DNA of 64,000 bases from positions 71,047-135,046 of IMG/VR virus record IMGVR_UViG_3300028920_000039; one strand, 5' to 3'. The DNA comes from a virus. Shown here piece after piece: positions 9,627 to 22,000 of this stretch; the first letter of the stretch is position 1, and every line of letters begins with the position of its first letter. The notes under the pieces were generated by a model that saw nothing but the letters and a program-made list of their open reading frames with translations, was not told the DNA's origin and did no database searches. The position numbers were made by a program, and so were the translations under genes.

Positions 9627-10162
9627 TGGCTACTGCACCTGTTCTAAAGATTGGCGATATGGAGTTTGAGCTCGAGCAGAGCTTCTCTGATGGATATCGG
9701 AATGACATTCGACCTCCTGGTGAAATGACTCACAGGTGTCATCCTACACATTTCATATGGACAGGCGGGGAGTTCACACCTTTGAATATTGCTATCAATT
9801 TGGCCGTTGGTGTCCAATCAGCCCTTACCACTCCGCAAACATTGAGAGACGCTCTGCGGAAGTTCTATCGATATTGTATTCCTAGCAATCCGGTAACTAG
9901 CAAACCTCCCGAACCTGTTGTTATCAGCCTGGGTGACTGGTATAAGAAAGTAGGGTATATGGGTGACCTTAACGTCACTTATATGGAGCCATGGGATATT
10001 GAAACCAGTATGCCTATGCGAGCTGAAGTGAGGTTCACTTTTATTATCGATTACTTGGCTTTCATTCCTGCTGTAAAGGGCCAGAAATCAGCCGCCCTGC
10101 TCCCTTCTTCGTCGAATTGGGATTTCAACTTTACAGTCGGCTCTCGACAAGGAGGTAGATAG
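9626..10162 (+). CDS. baseplate tube-initiator-like protein
   Basis: Follows tape measure; 'PEPVVISLGDW...GDLNVTY...PMRAEVRFTF' pattern of tube-like baseplate proteins. Confidence 0.55.
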   Translation: MATAPVLKIGDMEFELEQSFSDGYRNDIRPPGEMTHRCHPTHFIWTGGEFTPLNIAINLAVGVQSALTTPQTLRDALRKFYRYCIPSNPVTSKPPEPVVISLGDWYKKVGYMGDLNVTYMEPWDIETSMPMRAEVRFTFIIDYLAFIPAVKGQKSAALLPSSSNWDFNFTVGSRQGGR

Positions 10163-10164
10163 AG

Positions 10165-10527
10165 ATGGGTGCAGAATTTCTGAAAAACAGAAGTGCCATT
10201 GATAATCGTTATTCTTTGACGTCAGTGCATATTGATGATTCGGTTGCTCCAGGACGTCGTCGGTACGGTTTGTGGGTTCCTGCATTGATCAAAAGCCTTC
10301 CCGAATCTCCGCTTGATGACGGTACTTATCACAGGTACACAGTTGCTTCCTCGGATATTGGTAGATTGGATTTGATTGCATGGCGGTATTATGAAGAGGT
10401 TTCCTGGTGGTGGGTTATTGCTTACTACAACAGCATTAAGAATCAGATTACCGATATGAGTGTCGGCGATTTGCTCGTCATACCTTACAAAGAAATCATT
10501 GCTGCGGCGATTGAAAGGCAGTTGTAG
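10165..10527 (+). CDS. LysM-like baseplate wedge protein (gp53-like)
   Basis: 'RLDLIAWRYYEEVSWWWVIAYYN...VGDLLVIP'. Confidence 0.85.
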   Translation: MGAEFLKNRSAIDNRYSLTSVHIDDSVAPGRRRYGLWVPALIKSLPESPLDDGTYHRYTVASSDIGRLDLIAWRYYEEVSWWWVIAYYNSIKNQITDMSVGDLLVIPYKEIIAAAIERQL

Positions 10528-10530
10528 TGA

Positions 10531-11649
10531 ATGTCGGTTGAAGCAACAACAATGGAGCTGAAGTTAGTAGGTGACACAATTTCACTTCAGAAAACAGTTG
10601 GCATGGATGCCGAGATTTTGGAGACTATTTACGGACAGTCAGCTTACAAGATAAAGATTGCGGATGTGGATATAGCTACCTGGAATCAGGTGGCTCGAGA
10701 GTTTGAAACCATCGATATGAGTTTTCGATGGGGGAGAGTAGATGGCCAAGGTAAGATCACGTGGAGTGAATGGCGCTACCTTCAGCCTCGACGGTTCGAG
10801 TTTCAGATCAAAGGCAATATGCTAGACATCTTTGTGTTAGCCACCGATAAGATGTTTCTTCTGAAGCATCATTCACCGCAGCGGTTGTTTGACGAGATGT
10901 CAGTTAAGGAAGTGCTGGAGGACATTGTCAGTAAAGCTGAGTTGCGAGCATCGATTGATAGCAGTTTGTCGTCGACGAAGTATACTTTGTACCAGGCTAC
11001 GATGAGTGATTATGAGTTCATACAGAAAGTAGTTCTTCCCAGGGTTGGTTTGAAGGGTGTTTTGTTGTTTATGGATCGCGGAGATCGTTTGGTTTTGAAA
11101 CAGAGGAAGAAGGAGGATCCGGTTGTTAAGTATAGCTATTCGGCTGAAGGTGACGATGAGTCAATAGTGCTTTCGTGGTTCAAGTCAACAGTTGTGGTCA
11201 ACAGCTCAAACTTTGGCACACTAGCTGCCGCTTTTGATCCTCTCAAGCAGCAAGGAGAGCCTTATCTCAGAACCTTCTTGGCAGATGATGAGTCGGAAGT
11301 TCGTGAGAAGGCATTTGCCGGCAAGAACACCCCGAAACCTATTTCAATTTCAGGATCACCGGGCAATGTGGAAAATGTGGTTGTGGAGCTTCTCGGCGCA
11401 AATATTGATGAAGAGTTGAAGTCACGAGTAGATTGGGAGCCGCCTTTGTCGATGTACAGGGTGGCCCTTCCTTCATACTTTTTGCCACAAGTTGAAGTAG
11501 CAAACACAGCCTATTTAGAAGCAGGATTGCCAGGAGGTTCGCAGCAGGCATTCACAACAGGAAACTATTTGATATATGCTGTCTACCATAGAATTGAGCC
11601 TGCGAATGTTATGACGTATGTGTTCGGGGAACGAAGGGGTTCAGCATGA
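10531..11649 (+). CDS. baseplate hub protein (gp27/late control D-like)
   Basis: 'YQATMSDYEFIQK', synteny between LysM and spike genes. Confidence 0.7.
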   Translation: MSVEATTMELKLVGDTISLQKTVGMDAEILETIYGQSAYKIKIADVDIATWNQVAREFETIDMSFRWGRVDGQGKITWSEWRYLQPRRFEFQIKGNMLDIFVLATDKMFLLKHHSPQRLFDEMSVKEVLEDIVSKAELRASIDSSLSSTKYTLYQATMSDYEFIQKVVLPRVGLKGVLLFMDRGDRLVLKQRKKEDPVVKYSYSAEGDDESIVLSWFKSTVVVNSSNFGTLAAAFDPLKQQGEPYLRTFLADDESEVREKAFAGKNTPKPISISGSPGNVENVVVELLGANIDEELKSRVDWEPPLSMYRVALPSYFLPQVEVANTAYLEAGLPGGSQQAFTTGNYLIYAVYHRIEPANVMTYVFGERRGSA

Positions 11650-12464
11650 AATATCCTGGTCTATACAGAGGTTATGTGCTCAATAACGACGATTCAGGGC
11701 TTGAACAACCTTACTTGGGTCGTTTACAAGTGCATGTTCCTGAAGTTTACGGAGAGGTGGAAGACACCACTAAGTTGCCTTGGGCATGGCCTTGCTTTCC
11801 TGGTTTTGGTGGTGGCGTGACCCAAGAAGATGCGGATGGAGAAGGAGGGGGCAGGACCAGCGCAATGATAGGCCTTCCAGCTATTGGATCTACTGTGTGG
11901 GTGATGTTTGAGCAAGGCGATATTCAAGTACCTGTGTGGATGGGCACGTGGATAGGGCAGCAGACATCCCTCCCTTCTGAAGCAAAGGAGTATAGCTTGC
12001 AAGGTCGAAGCGCTCAGTATCCTGAGATATTCCTCATCAAAACACCTTTCAGTGAAACGGCTATGATACGGATAGTAGGTGATGGTCTTATTGAAATACG
12101 CTTGCAAGATATGTTTGTCAGATTGAAGGGCGAAACTGAAGAAGACGCAGAGGACTCAGAAATTGAAATCACCGCTGCCTATGCAGACATCAAATTGAAC
12201 ACAGCACAAGGAAAGATCACATTGTCTGGTAAAGAAGTGGATGTTTTGTCTCAAGAAAACATGAAAATACAAGCGGGTGTGTATACCACTGACTCAGACG
12301 GCAATCAGGTGGTTGCAATAGAAGGTGACCTAGAGGTGGTTGCAACTAAGGATTCTACTTATCACATAGAAGAAAAGAGCGTCCTTCGTTCCGGTGAGGG
12401 TGGTGGGTTTTTTCTACGGACACCAAACGCCAGTGGCTTTGAAAGACATGGGGGCTCGTTATGA
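11646..12464 (+). CDS. baseplate central spike (gp5/gpV OB-fold)
   Basis: 'GRLQVHVPEVYG...LPWAWP...PAIGSTVWVMFEQGDIQVPVWMG'. Confidence 0.9.
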   Translation: MKYPGLYRGYVLNNDDSGLEQPYLGRLQVHVPEVYGEVEDTTKLPWAWPCFPGFGGGVTQEDADGEGGGRTSAMIGLPAIGSTVWVMFEQGDIQVPVWMGTWIGQQTSLPSEAKEYSLQGRSAQYPEIFLIKTPFSETAMIRIVGDGLIEIRLQDMFVRLKGETEEDAEDSEIEITAAYADIKLNTAQGKITLSGKEVDVLSQENMKIQAGVYTTDSDGNQVVAIEGDLEVVATKDSTYHIEEKSVLRSGEGGGFFLRTPNASGFERHGGSL

Positions 12465-12853
12465 GTGAATTTTGGAAGGGGATAGCTTTGCCTTGGAGTG
12501 GTACGATTCCTTCTGTGATTGAGCCGAAGGATGATAGAGAGGTACTCAAGAGCAGTGTGTTGTGGATTGTGCTGACAGCGCTCGGTGAGAGAGTGATGCA
12601 ACCAGAGTTTGGCTCTTTGCTTCCTGGGGCTGTGTTTGAACAAAACGATGCGGTATTAGCTGAGTCAATCAAGACTTCAGTTCGGAATGCTATTTCTCGG
12701 TGGGATGATCGTATCACTTTTGTGGACTTTACTGTTACAGCTGAAAACAATGTTATGACCTGCTCATTGCAATACAAGATGAACATTGATCCGAGGCGTG
12801 ATAGCATCGATGTGGTTGCTTTTGAAGTGACTCCTGATATGCTAAGATCATAG
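12461..12853 (+). CDS. gp25/gpW-like sheath initiator
   Basis: 'LLTALGERVMQPEFGS'-type motif, 'ISRWDDRI'. Confidence 0.9.
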   Translation: MSEFWKGIALPWSGTIPSVIEPKDDREVLKSSVLWIVLTALGERVMQPEFGSLLPGAVFEQNDAVLAESIKTSVRNAISRWDDRITFVDFTVTAENNVMTCSLQYKMNIDPRRDSIDVVAFEVTPDMLRS

Positions 12854-12941
12854 ATATGAAGTGCTTGCTTTGCAGTCTGGTATTAGTTGAAAAGCGACAG
12901 ATCCGATCTATCGCAGAAGTTGCATAACCAAGGAGAAAGAA

Positions 12942-14990
12942 ATGACCACCGCGGCGACTCCGGCTATTGATTATACAGCGAGGGACTTCCTTACAATCAA
13001 GGAAGCACTCAAAGAGCATTTGAAAGCCAAGTTCCCGACGACTTGGCGAGACTTCTACGAGTCCAGTGCAGGTATTGCAATCCTTGATTTGATTGCTTAC
13101 AGCCACGATGTTTTGAGCTTTGGGCTTGATTATACAGCCAATGAGCTGTATCTTCCGACGGCGCGAGACAGAGATTCGGTCCTGCTCTTGGGTCGGCTGG
13201 TTGGTTATCAGTTGCGCACTGCAACATCTGCTTCGGTTGTTTGCACTTCTCGAATCGATTCTACCTACACAGAAGGCATCATCATTCCTGCTGGCTCCAC
13301 TATCAAGAGCACAGGCAATGTTGATTTCGTGACAACTGAGGATGCGCGGATTGAGGCTGGTTCCGTAGTTGGTACAGTTACTTTTGTTCAAGGCGTCAAT
13401 GTCACAGAGAACTTCTCGTCTGATGGTTCAGCCTTTCAGAAGGTTAATCTAACCAGGTATTCGGTGGTACAGGGCACCGTGTCAGTTTTGGTTGATGGTG
13501 ATGAATGGACTGAGGAGACGTCACTGGCGTATGCTGGTGCTAACAGCAACGCTTTTTCTGTTGAGTATGCTGAGGATGGCGTCGCTACAGTGGTATTTGG
13601 TGATGGTACTAGCGGAAGGGTTCCTCCGGTGGGTTCTAACATCGAGGTCACATATCGAACAGGTGGTGGCTTATCTGGTAATATTGCTTTGAATGAAATC
13701 AGCGGAACCGTCCAAGGCTACCGGGAACTTGTGAGCCCTACTGCTTGGGTTACAGTTAATATTCTCAATGATGCACAGAGAGGTGCCGGCGGTGAGGAAG
13801 CCGAGTCAGTATCTCACGCCAAGTTGTGGATTCCGCCTTGGATCAGAGCAAACGGTCGAGCGGTAACCGAAACAGACTATGACGCTCTCGCCAATGCTTT
13901 CTCAGATTCTACCTACGGCGCACCAGCATTTGCTAAGTCGAAGCTGAAGCAAGAGATTCCTGAGCTGAATACGGTCGAGCTGTATGTCTGGGCGCGTGAT
14001 TCAGGCGGTGATATTGTAACGCCGTCTCAGGGGCTTAAGGACGCGCTTGACACCTACTTTAACAACAACGGGACAGGTTCAGTCAAGTGCATTTGTACTC
14101 ACACAGAGGTGGTCGACGGGCTGATTGTTTACATTGATGTGAGCATAGCGATCCGGGTTGCCACATCGTATGTCTCTGCCGGTGTCATCACAGAGGTGCA
14201 AACGACTATCGAATCGCTGTTCGATTCTTCTGAGGTCGCTCCGGGCCAAGACTTTCGGTTGAGTGCTCTATATGAAGCAGTTCACTCACTGGCTGGTGTT
14301 GACTACTGCTTGGTTCGTAGCCTGGTCGCTTCTTACATCACTACAGAGATAGTAGGGGTAGGAGATGATACTGACGTTACTTTCACATCCACATTGGATC
14401 TTGATCCTGGGCTTGAGGTGGTTCCGCATACTGTCAGGATGTACTACGGTGCAGAGACAGAAGTCCTAACGGATGATGGTGAAGGGAATCTCCTCGACTC
14501 GATCCAGACCGTCAAAGGATCTATCGACTACGAGACAGGCTCTATCACAGGCATCTTCGCTTCAGCGCCGGCAAGCGGTGCTTCGGTTTATGCTGAGTAT
14601 CGCCACAAACTCGACTATGCTCGTGGTGAGGTGGAAGACACTGGCGACGGGACGACAACAATATTTGAAGGTGCTGTCACCTACCCTCCTGTGAACCCTT
14701 ATGATCCTACCACAGGGCAGAAAGGCATCGCTTTCAGCGATGGCAACCAGGTCATTTTGGATGATGGAGACGGGAATCTGGTTGATGACCCAACCGACCC
14801 TTTGTCGTCGAACAGAGGCTTAATCGATTACGGAACAGGGGGCTACACCTTGCGGTTTCCCAACCCCCCTCCGAATAACGCTGAGATCCGCAGCACTTAC
14901 ATGCAGATCTTAGAGACCGATTCGCAGGATATTCCGATAGAGAAGAGCCAGATAGCAGTTAAAGGTCTGATCACCATCTCGACACTATGA
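12942..14990 (+). CDS. baseplate wedge protein (gp6/gpJ-like)
   Basis: 'DYTARDF', 'NELYLPTARDRDSV', 'VVFGDGTSGRVPP', 'RAVTETDY'; two inserted 'DDGxGNL...IDYxTG' domains. Confidence 0.9.
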   Translation: MTTAATPAIDYTARDFLTIKEALKEHLKAKFPTTWRDFYESSAGIAILDLIAYSHDVLSFGLDYTANELYLPTARDRDSVLLLGRLVGYQLRTATSASVVCTSRIDSTYTEGIIIPAGSTIKSTGNVDFVTTEDARIEAGSVVGTVTFVQGVNVTENFSSDGSAFQKVNLTRYSVVQGTVSVLVDGDEWTEETSLAYAGANSNAFSVEYAEDGVATVVFGDGTSGRVPPVGSNIEVTYRTGGGLSGNIALNEISGTVQGYRELVSPTAWVTVNILNDAQRGAGGEEAESVSHAKLWIPPWIRANGRAVTETDYDALANAFSDSTYGAPAFAKSKLKQEIPELNTVELYVWARDSGGDIVTPSQGLKDALDTYFNNNGTGSVKCICTHTEVVDGLIVYIDVSIAIRVATSYVSAGVITEVQTTIESLFDSSEVAPGQDFRLSALYEAVHSLAGVDYCLVRSLVASYITTEIVGVGDDTDVTFTSTLDLDPGLEVVPHTVRMYYGAETEVLTDDGEGNLLDSIQTVKGSIDYETGSITGIFASAPASGASVYAEYRHKLDYARGEVEDTGDGTTTIFEGAVTYPPVNPYDPTTGQKGIAFSDGNQVILDDGDGNLVDDPTDPLSSNRGLIDYGTGGYTLRFPNPPPNNAEIRSTYMQILETDSQDIPIEKSQIAVKGLITISTL

Positions 14991-14991
14991 C

Positions 14992-17528
<2,537 letters not shown>

Positions 17529-17532
17529 TACA

Positions 17533-18399
17533 ATGGCATACGATTCGCAGATACGTTTAGATTACCACAAACCACTCCTTATTGATGGTAAGCCGATGTT
17601 GGAGTGTTGTTGTGATCCGTGCTATTGGCCTGTGATAGAAGATTTGTGGCCACCCAACAACTACACTCAATATGGCACCACAGCTACTCATCCTTTCTGG
17701 TGTTACGTGGATTATAGGTTCTGTGATTGGGTGAAGCTTGATGTTTATGCTGGATCGGGATGTACAGGTTTTTTAGGAGGGGACTGGATATTCACAACTT
17801 ACTCTTCTGCAACGAACTGGCTAACGATCACTGCTAGAGAAACCGTTGCACCTTTCAACCCCATTCAGTTTCCTTCTGGTACTACTATTTATTGGAAAGT
17901 TACTGCTTACAACAATTGTGGTGGCGAACATCGATTTACATTCGGACCCTGCAGAAAATGGACTTATATAGGTGATACAGGCAATGATTGCAACAACTGT
18001 GTGCCCAAATTGCCGAACAATGTCACAGTCATATTTTCCAACATGACAGGGTCATTCACTCTTTTTCAGAACAAGAGTCCTGTAGTGTGTTCCTATACTT
18101 CATATTGTCACTGGGAGAAGGTGGGGGGAGATTTGGGGTATTTCTATGTGGGTCTTCCTCCTACAATTCCTGTAGGCAGAAGGGTTGAGGTTGATGTGGA
18201 TGCAAATGGCATATGGAGAGTGTATGTGCTTCATAGTTACTCGCCTACAGGCTTGTTTTCTTGTTTCTGCCGTTGGCGCCATGGCAATCCTGGCTGTCCT
18301 TGTACCAGCCCCCCTCTAATCACGATCCCTTACAGTGCAGATCTACAGTGGTGCTCGGGCACCACAACCACTCAAGCCAACATAACGGTGGCTGTATGA
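17533..18399 (+). CDS. Cys-rich putative fibre/receptor-binding protein with FN3-like domain
   Basis: 'ECCCDPC', 'TTIYWKVTAYNNCG' FN3-like strand; many Cys, Trp and Thr residues. Confidence 0.5.
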   Translation: MAYDSQIRLDYHKPLLIDGKPMLECCCDPCYWPVIEDLWPPNNYTQYGTTATHPFWCYVDYRFCDWVKLDVYAGSGCTGFLGGDWIFTTYSSATNWLTITARETVAPFNPIQFPSGTTIYWKVTAYNNCGGEHRFTFGPCRKWTYIGDTGNDCNNCVPKLPNNVTVIFSNMTGSFTLFQNKSPVVCSYTSYCHWEKVGGDLGYFYVGLPPTIPVGRRVEVDVDANGIWRVYVLHSYSPTGLFSCFCRWRHGNPGCPCTSPPLITIPYSADLQWCSGTTTTQANITVAV

Positions 18400-19001
18400 T
18401 AGACTCATTCTTCAACTCTGTTCATTGTTTAAGCGGTGCACATTGCCGTACCTGTCGTCGAGATCGTCATTGGCGAAAAAGTATGATGGAGTTCTTTAGT
18501 GACATTGACAAGGTTGATTTTGAGTGCAAGTGGGGTGGCCGGCCACCTACTCACAAGGTGCGAAAGTATCGAATTATCCCCAATCGTCTCGAGAGAATGA
18601 AGGTTGCAGAACTTGCGGAGGAGATGAAGGGGTACGAGCTAGATGATGAGGCAAATGAGATCCTCACAACCTATATAACAGACCATCCACGGCATCATGA
18701 TGAGTGTGCAGATCGAATGCGCATCTGGATTGCAGAGAAGGAAGATCTGAAGCAACAAGGCCTGCCACCCAAACTGATATTGACCCACGACGGTGTGGAT
18801 TATGAGATACCAGAGAAGTTCCAGTATGCTGGCTCACATGACTTGGCTGATGCTATGCGAAAGCTGCCGCTGGACAAGTGGGGAAAGAGTTTACTGAGGA
18901 GACATGTGAAAGCAGAGTGGAAAGGACCTTGCCCCAGTTGTCAGGAGTCATCACACATCAATATGATGCGCCTCTGGCTTACCATCAACTCTCCTTCTTG
19001 A
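18396..19001 (+). CDS. hypothetical protein with CxxC motifs
   Basis: ATG 18396 overlaps the upstream TGA; 'HCRTCRR', 'CPSC'. Confidence 0.6.
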   Translation: MIDSFFNSVHCLSGAHCRTCRRDRHWRKSMMEFFSDIDKVDFECKWGGRPPTHKVRKYRIIPNRLERMKVAELAEEMKGYELDDEANEILTTYITDHPRHHDECADRMRIWIAEKEDLKQQGLPPKLILTHDGVDYEIPEKFQYAGSHDLADAMRKLPLDKWGKSLLRRHVKAEWKGPCPSCQESSHINMMRLWLTINSPS

Positions 19002-19029
19002 GTTGTAAGTAACAAAGACCGAGGAGTCT

Positions 19030-22000
19030 ATGGCTATACGCTACTACTGTGGAGACGGTTGGAAAACCGTTTCCTTTGCTCGCAAGGATATGGGCGCAGA
19101 TGCTTATCTATTCTGCCCCGGTCCTTCATTGGAGCATGTGTCGGATGCTGACATCCATGTTCCGGGTGTGATGGTATTTGCTGTCAACACTGCTTACCCT
19201 CGAATTCGACCCGATGTCTGGATAGGAATGGACGTCAAGGAGAAGTGTTACGACAAAGCTCTCTGGAGTGAGCCTTTCAGAAAGATCTGTCGAGCCGGGC
19301 GTTCGAAGGCAGGGGTGGACGGTAAGAAGATCTGTGAGTTCCCTGAGGTGTACTGGGCTGATGTTTCTGGTGATAACATCAAGGATATTTTCAATGGGCG
19401 GGCCCATGATTCTTGCTTTGTTTACATGCATAATACCTTAACAGTTGCTTGTCATATCATGGTGTGGATGGGGGCCAAGAGGATCCATTTCGTCGGTTGT
19501 GATCAGGACAATTCGAAGAAGGACTATCATGACAATCGCAAGTTGCATGATCGTGACAGAGAAGAGAACTTCCGCCTGTACAAGAAGCAGACAAAGTTTC
19601 TACGGCAATTCATGACGTTAGGTCTCCAGCATGGCATTGAGTGTATTTCTTGTACCCCGGGTTCGCCGATAAATGAGTTCATGGACTACGTTCCTCTTCA
19701 GGAGGCCTTGCGTGTTTCTCAGGAGAAGTCGCCAAAGCGTGGCTACAGTGAGATTCTGAATACACGAGAGGTGGAGCGCAAGCAGCTTCAGCAGTGGGGC
19801 ACACCTGAGCTTGGTAGAGGTGTGGTAGTAGCCTTCAATGAGAACATGGAGTGGATGGGGGAATGGTGGTGGGAGAATCTGCGAAGGCATGTGGATGTGT
19901 CCGCACCGGTTGCATTTGTTGATCTAGGAATGTCGCCTCCAATGCGCAAATGGTGTGAGAACAGAGGGCGTATCATTGATTTCACTTGGTCTCCGATTCG
20001 TCCTGACGGTGACAAGAAAACGTTTCGAGTAGAGCATGGCTGGAAGCCTTTCGTCTTTTTCAAGTCGCCGTTCAGGGAAACATTGTTCCTCGATGTTGAC
20101 TGTGAAGTAGTAGGCGATGTGCTATCGGTGTTTGAGCATCTTGGAAAGAACCGTTTCGGGATCGCTAAGGACCAGTTGTACCATCAGTTGAAATCGAAGC
20201 AGGAACTCTTGCCCGGAGAAGTGATGCACAATAGCGGTGTGTTGGCTGTTAGGCATGGCTCAAAGATCGTCGAGCAGTGGGCCAAGGCTATTATTGATGT
20301 AGGTGTTGATGGATGGAGAGACAATGATCAGCCTATTCTCAACAAAGTACTCACCACATCCGGTATCGAATACGCAGAGATTCCGCCGGAGTACAACCTG
20401 CTAGCTCCGTATGCTCAGAACTGGAAGAGCCGATGCAAGGCTGAGGTTGTCACTTCACCGAAGGTGCTTCATCGGTTGACATCACATCCTCATTCTTTCA
20501 ACACGCTTCGAACTATTCTTGAAGAGCGCTTTTGTGTAGACGGTATCTGGCTAAGAGATGCAGATATCTTCCTCAAGTGTTTGTGGGCAAACGAAGCGAT
20601 GGCAGATAAGGGTGTGGTGATCGGAGTTGACGCTAACCAAGAGTGGATGATACCATGGTGGGTTGAGAATTATCGTAGGCATAACAATTACCCTGTGTTG
20701 GTAGCCGATTTCGGGTTGACGGATGATGGGATCGAGCTTTGCCGCCAGCTGAACCTTGGAGTATCGGCGACCGTTTCACTTGAAGGCCACGGTTGGTTCA
20801 AGAAGCCACTCGGTTGTCTTCAGACGATATTCAAGAAGACTGTATGGATGGATACAGATGTCGAAGTTCGAAAGGATATCGGTCCGCTGTTTGACTACAG
20901 TGAGAACAACATGTTTGGCATCACATACGACCGCGGTACCCCTCAGCAGTACAAAGATGCCATGCCTTGGGACGCGACTATCTACAACAGCGGTTGTATC
21001 TCGTATCGTCACAACGACCCTCTTATTCAGAAGTGGGCTATGATAACAGTGATGACCCACGAGCTGAAACCACAGCCTGGGAAGTTGTTCTGCGTCTGTG
21101 GTGACCAAGAAACGTTGGCGATGGCTATTCGTCGTTACGCTAAACATCGAATTCACAGGATACCGAAGGAGGACTTTGCCCTTCGGCTGAGCAGCGATCC
21201 AGATGACTGCATTGCCAAACACTGGACTGGTCCGACAGGTAAGAAGGTCATCAAACAGCAGATGGCGGATTCTCGTAAGGACATCGGGGTGATGGTGGGT
21301 CTTCTGGACGAGGACACTGAATGGTTGCTTGAATGGTGGTATGCCAACTACAAGCGCTACAACGACCTGCCTGTGTGTTTTGTTGACTGTGGCATGAGCG
21401 ATTCGGCACGAGCTTTTTGTGAGGAACGAGGCCGGATTGTAAAGCTGGTCACCAAACCCCATATCAAGAGCTGGTTCAGAAAGCCGTGGGCACTTCTCGA
21501 AACACCATTTCAGCGAACACTTTTCATTGAGACTGATGTCGAAGTCAGAGGCAACATCAGAGATCTTATCGTGAATACAGGCGGTCTTGGCATGGTGTAC
21601 GAGCGTTCCACTAAAGAAGAGTCGGTTGCTTTGAAGAGACATTTTGGTGATAAGAGGCGGCATAATGTTCCTGACGATGCGCTTGTATACGATGGCGGTC
21701 AGCTTGTTTTCAACAGTGACGAGCCAATGCTACAGAGGTGGGCCGATGCCGTTGAAGAAACCAAGCACCTGCCTGCATGCAACACTGACAACAGCGGTCC
21801 GGTGGAGAACGGGTTTGTTGGCGACCATGAGATTCTTGCCAAGGTAATGTATGAGATGCGTAAAGGGGTTCACATTATGCCACGGTGTGCCAATAAGTAC
21901 TATGGGCCGCCAAAGGACAGTCTCTTGTATCACAGATGTGGCTACAAAGGGCAAGGAAAGGATTCCATCAAGCGTCAGACAGAACGGAAGCAGTTGCCCG

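Noticed and set aside
5014-14990. bacterial contractile injection system or tailocin rather than a phage
   Set aside because: The same contiguous strand carries a full phage replisome, DNA modification genes, a tRNA and early-type genes.
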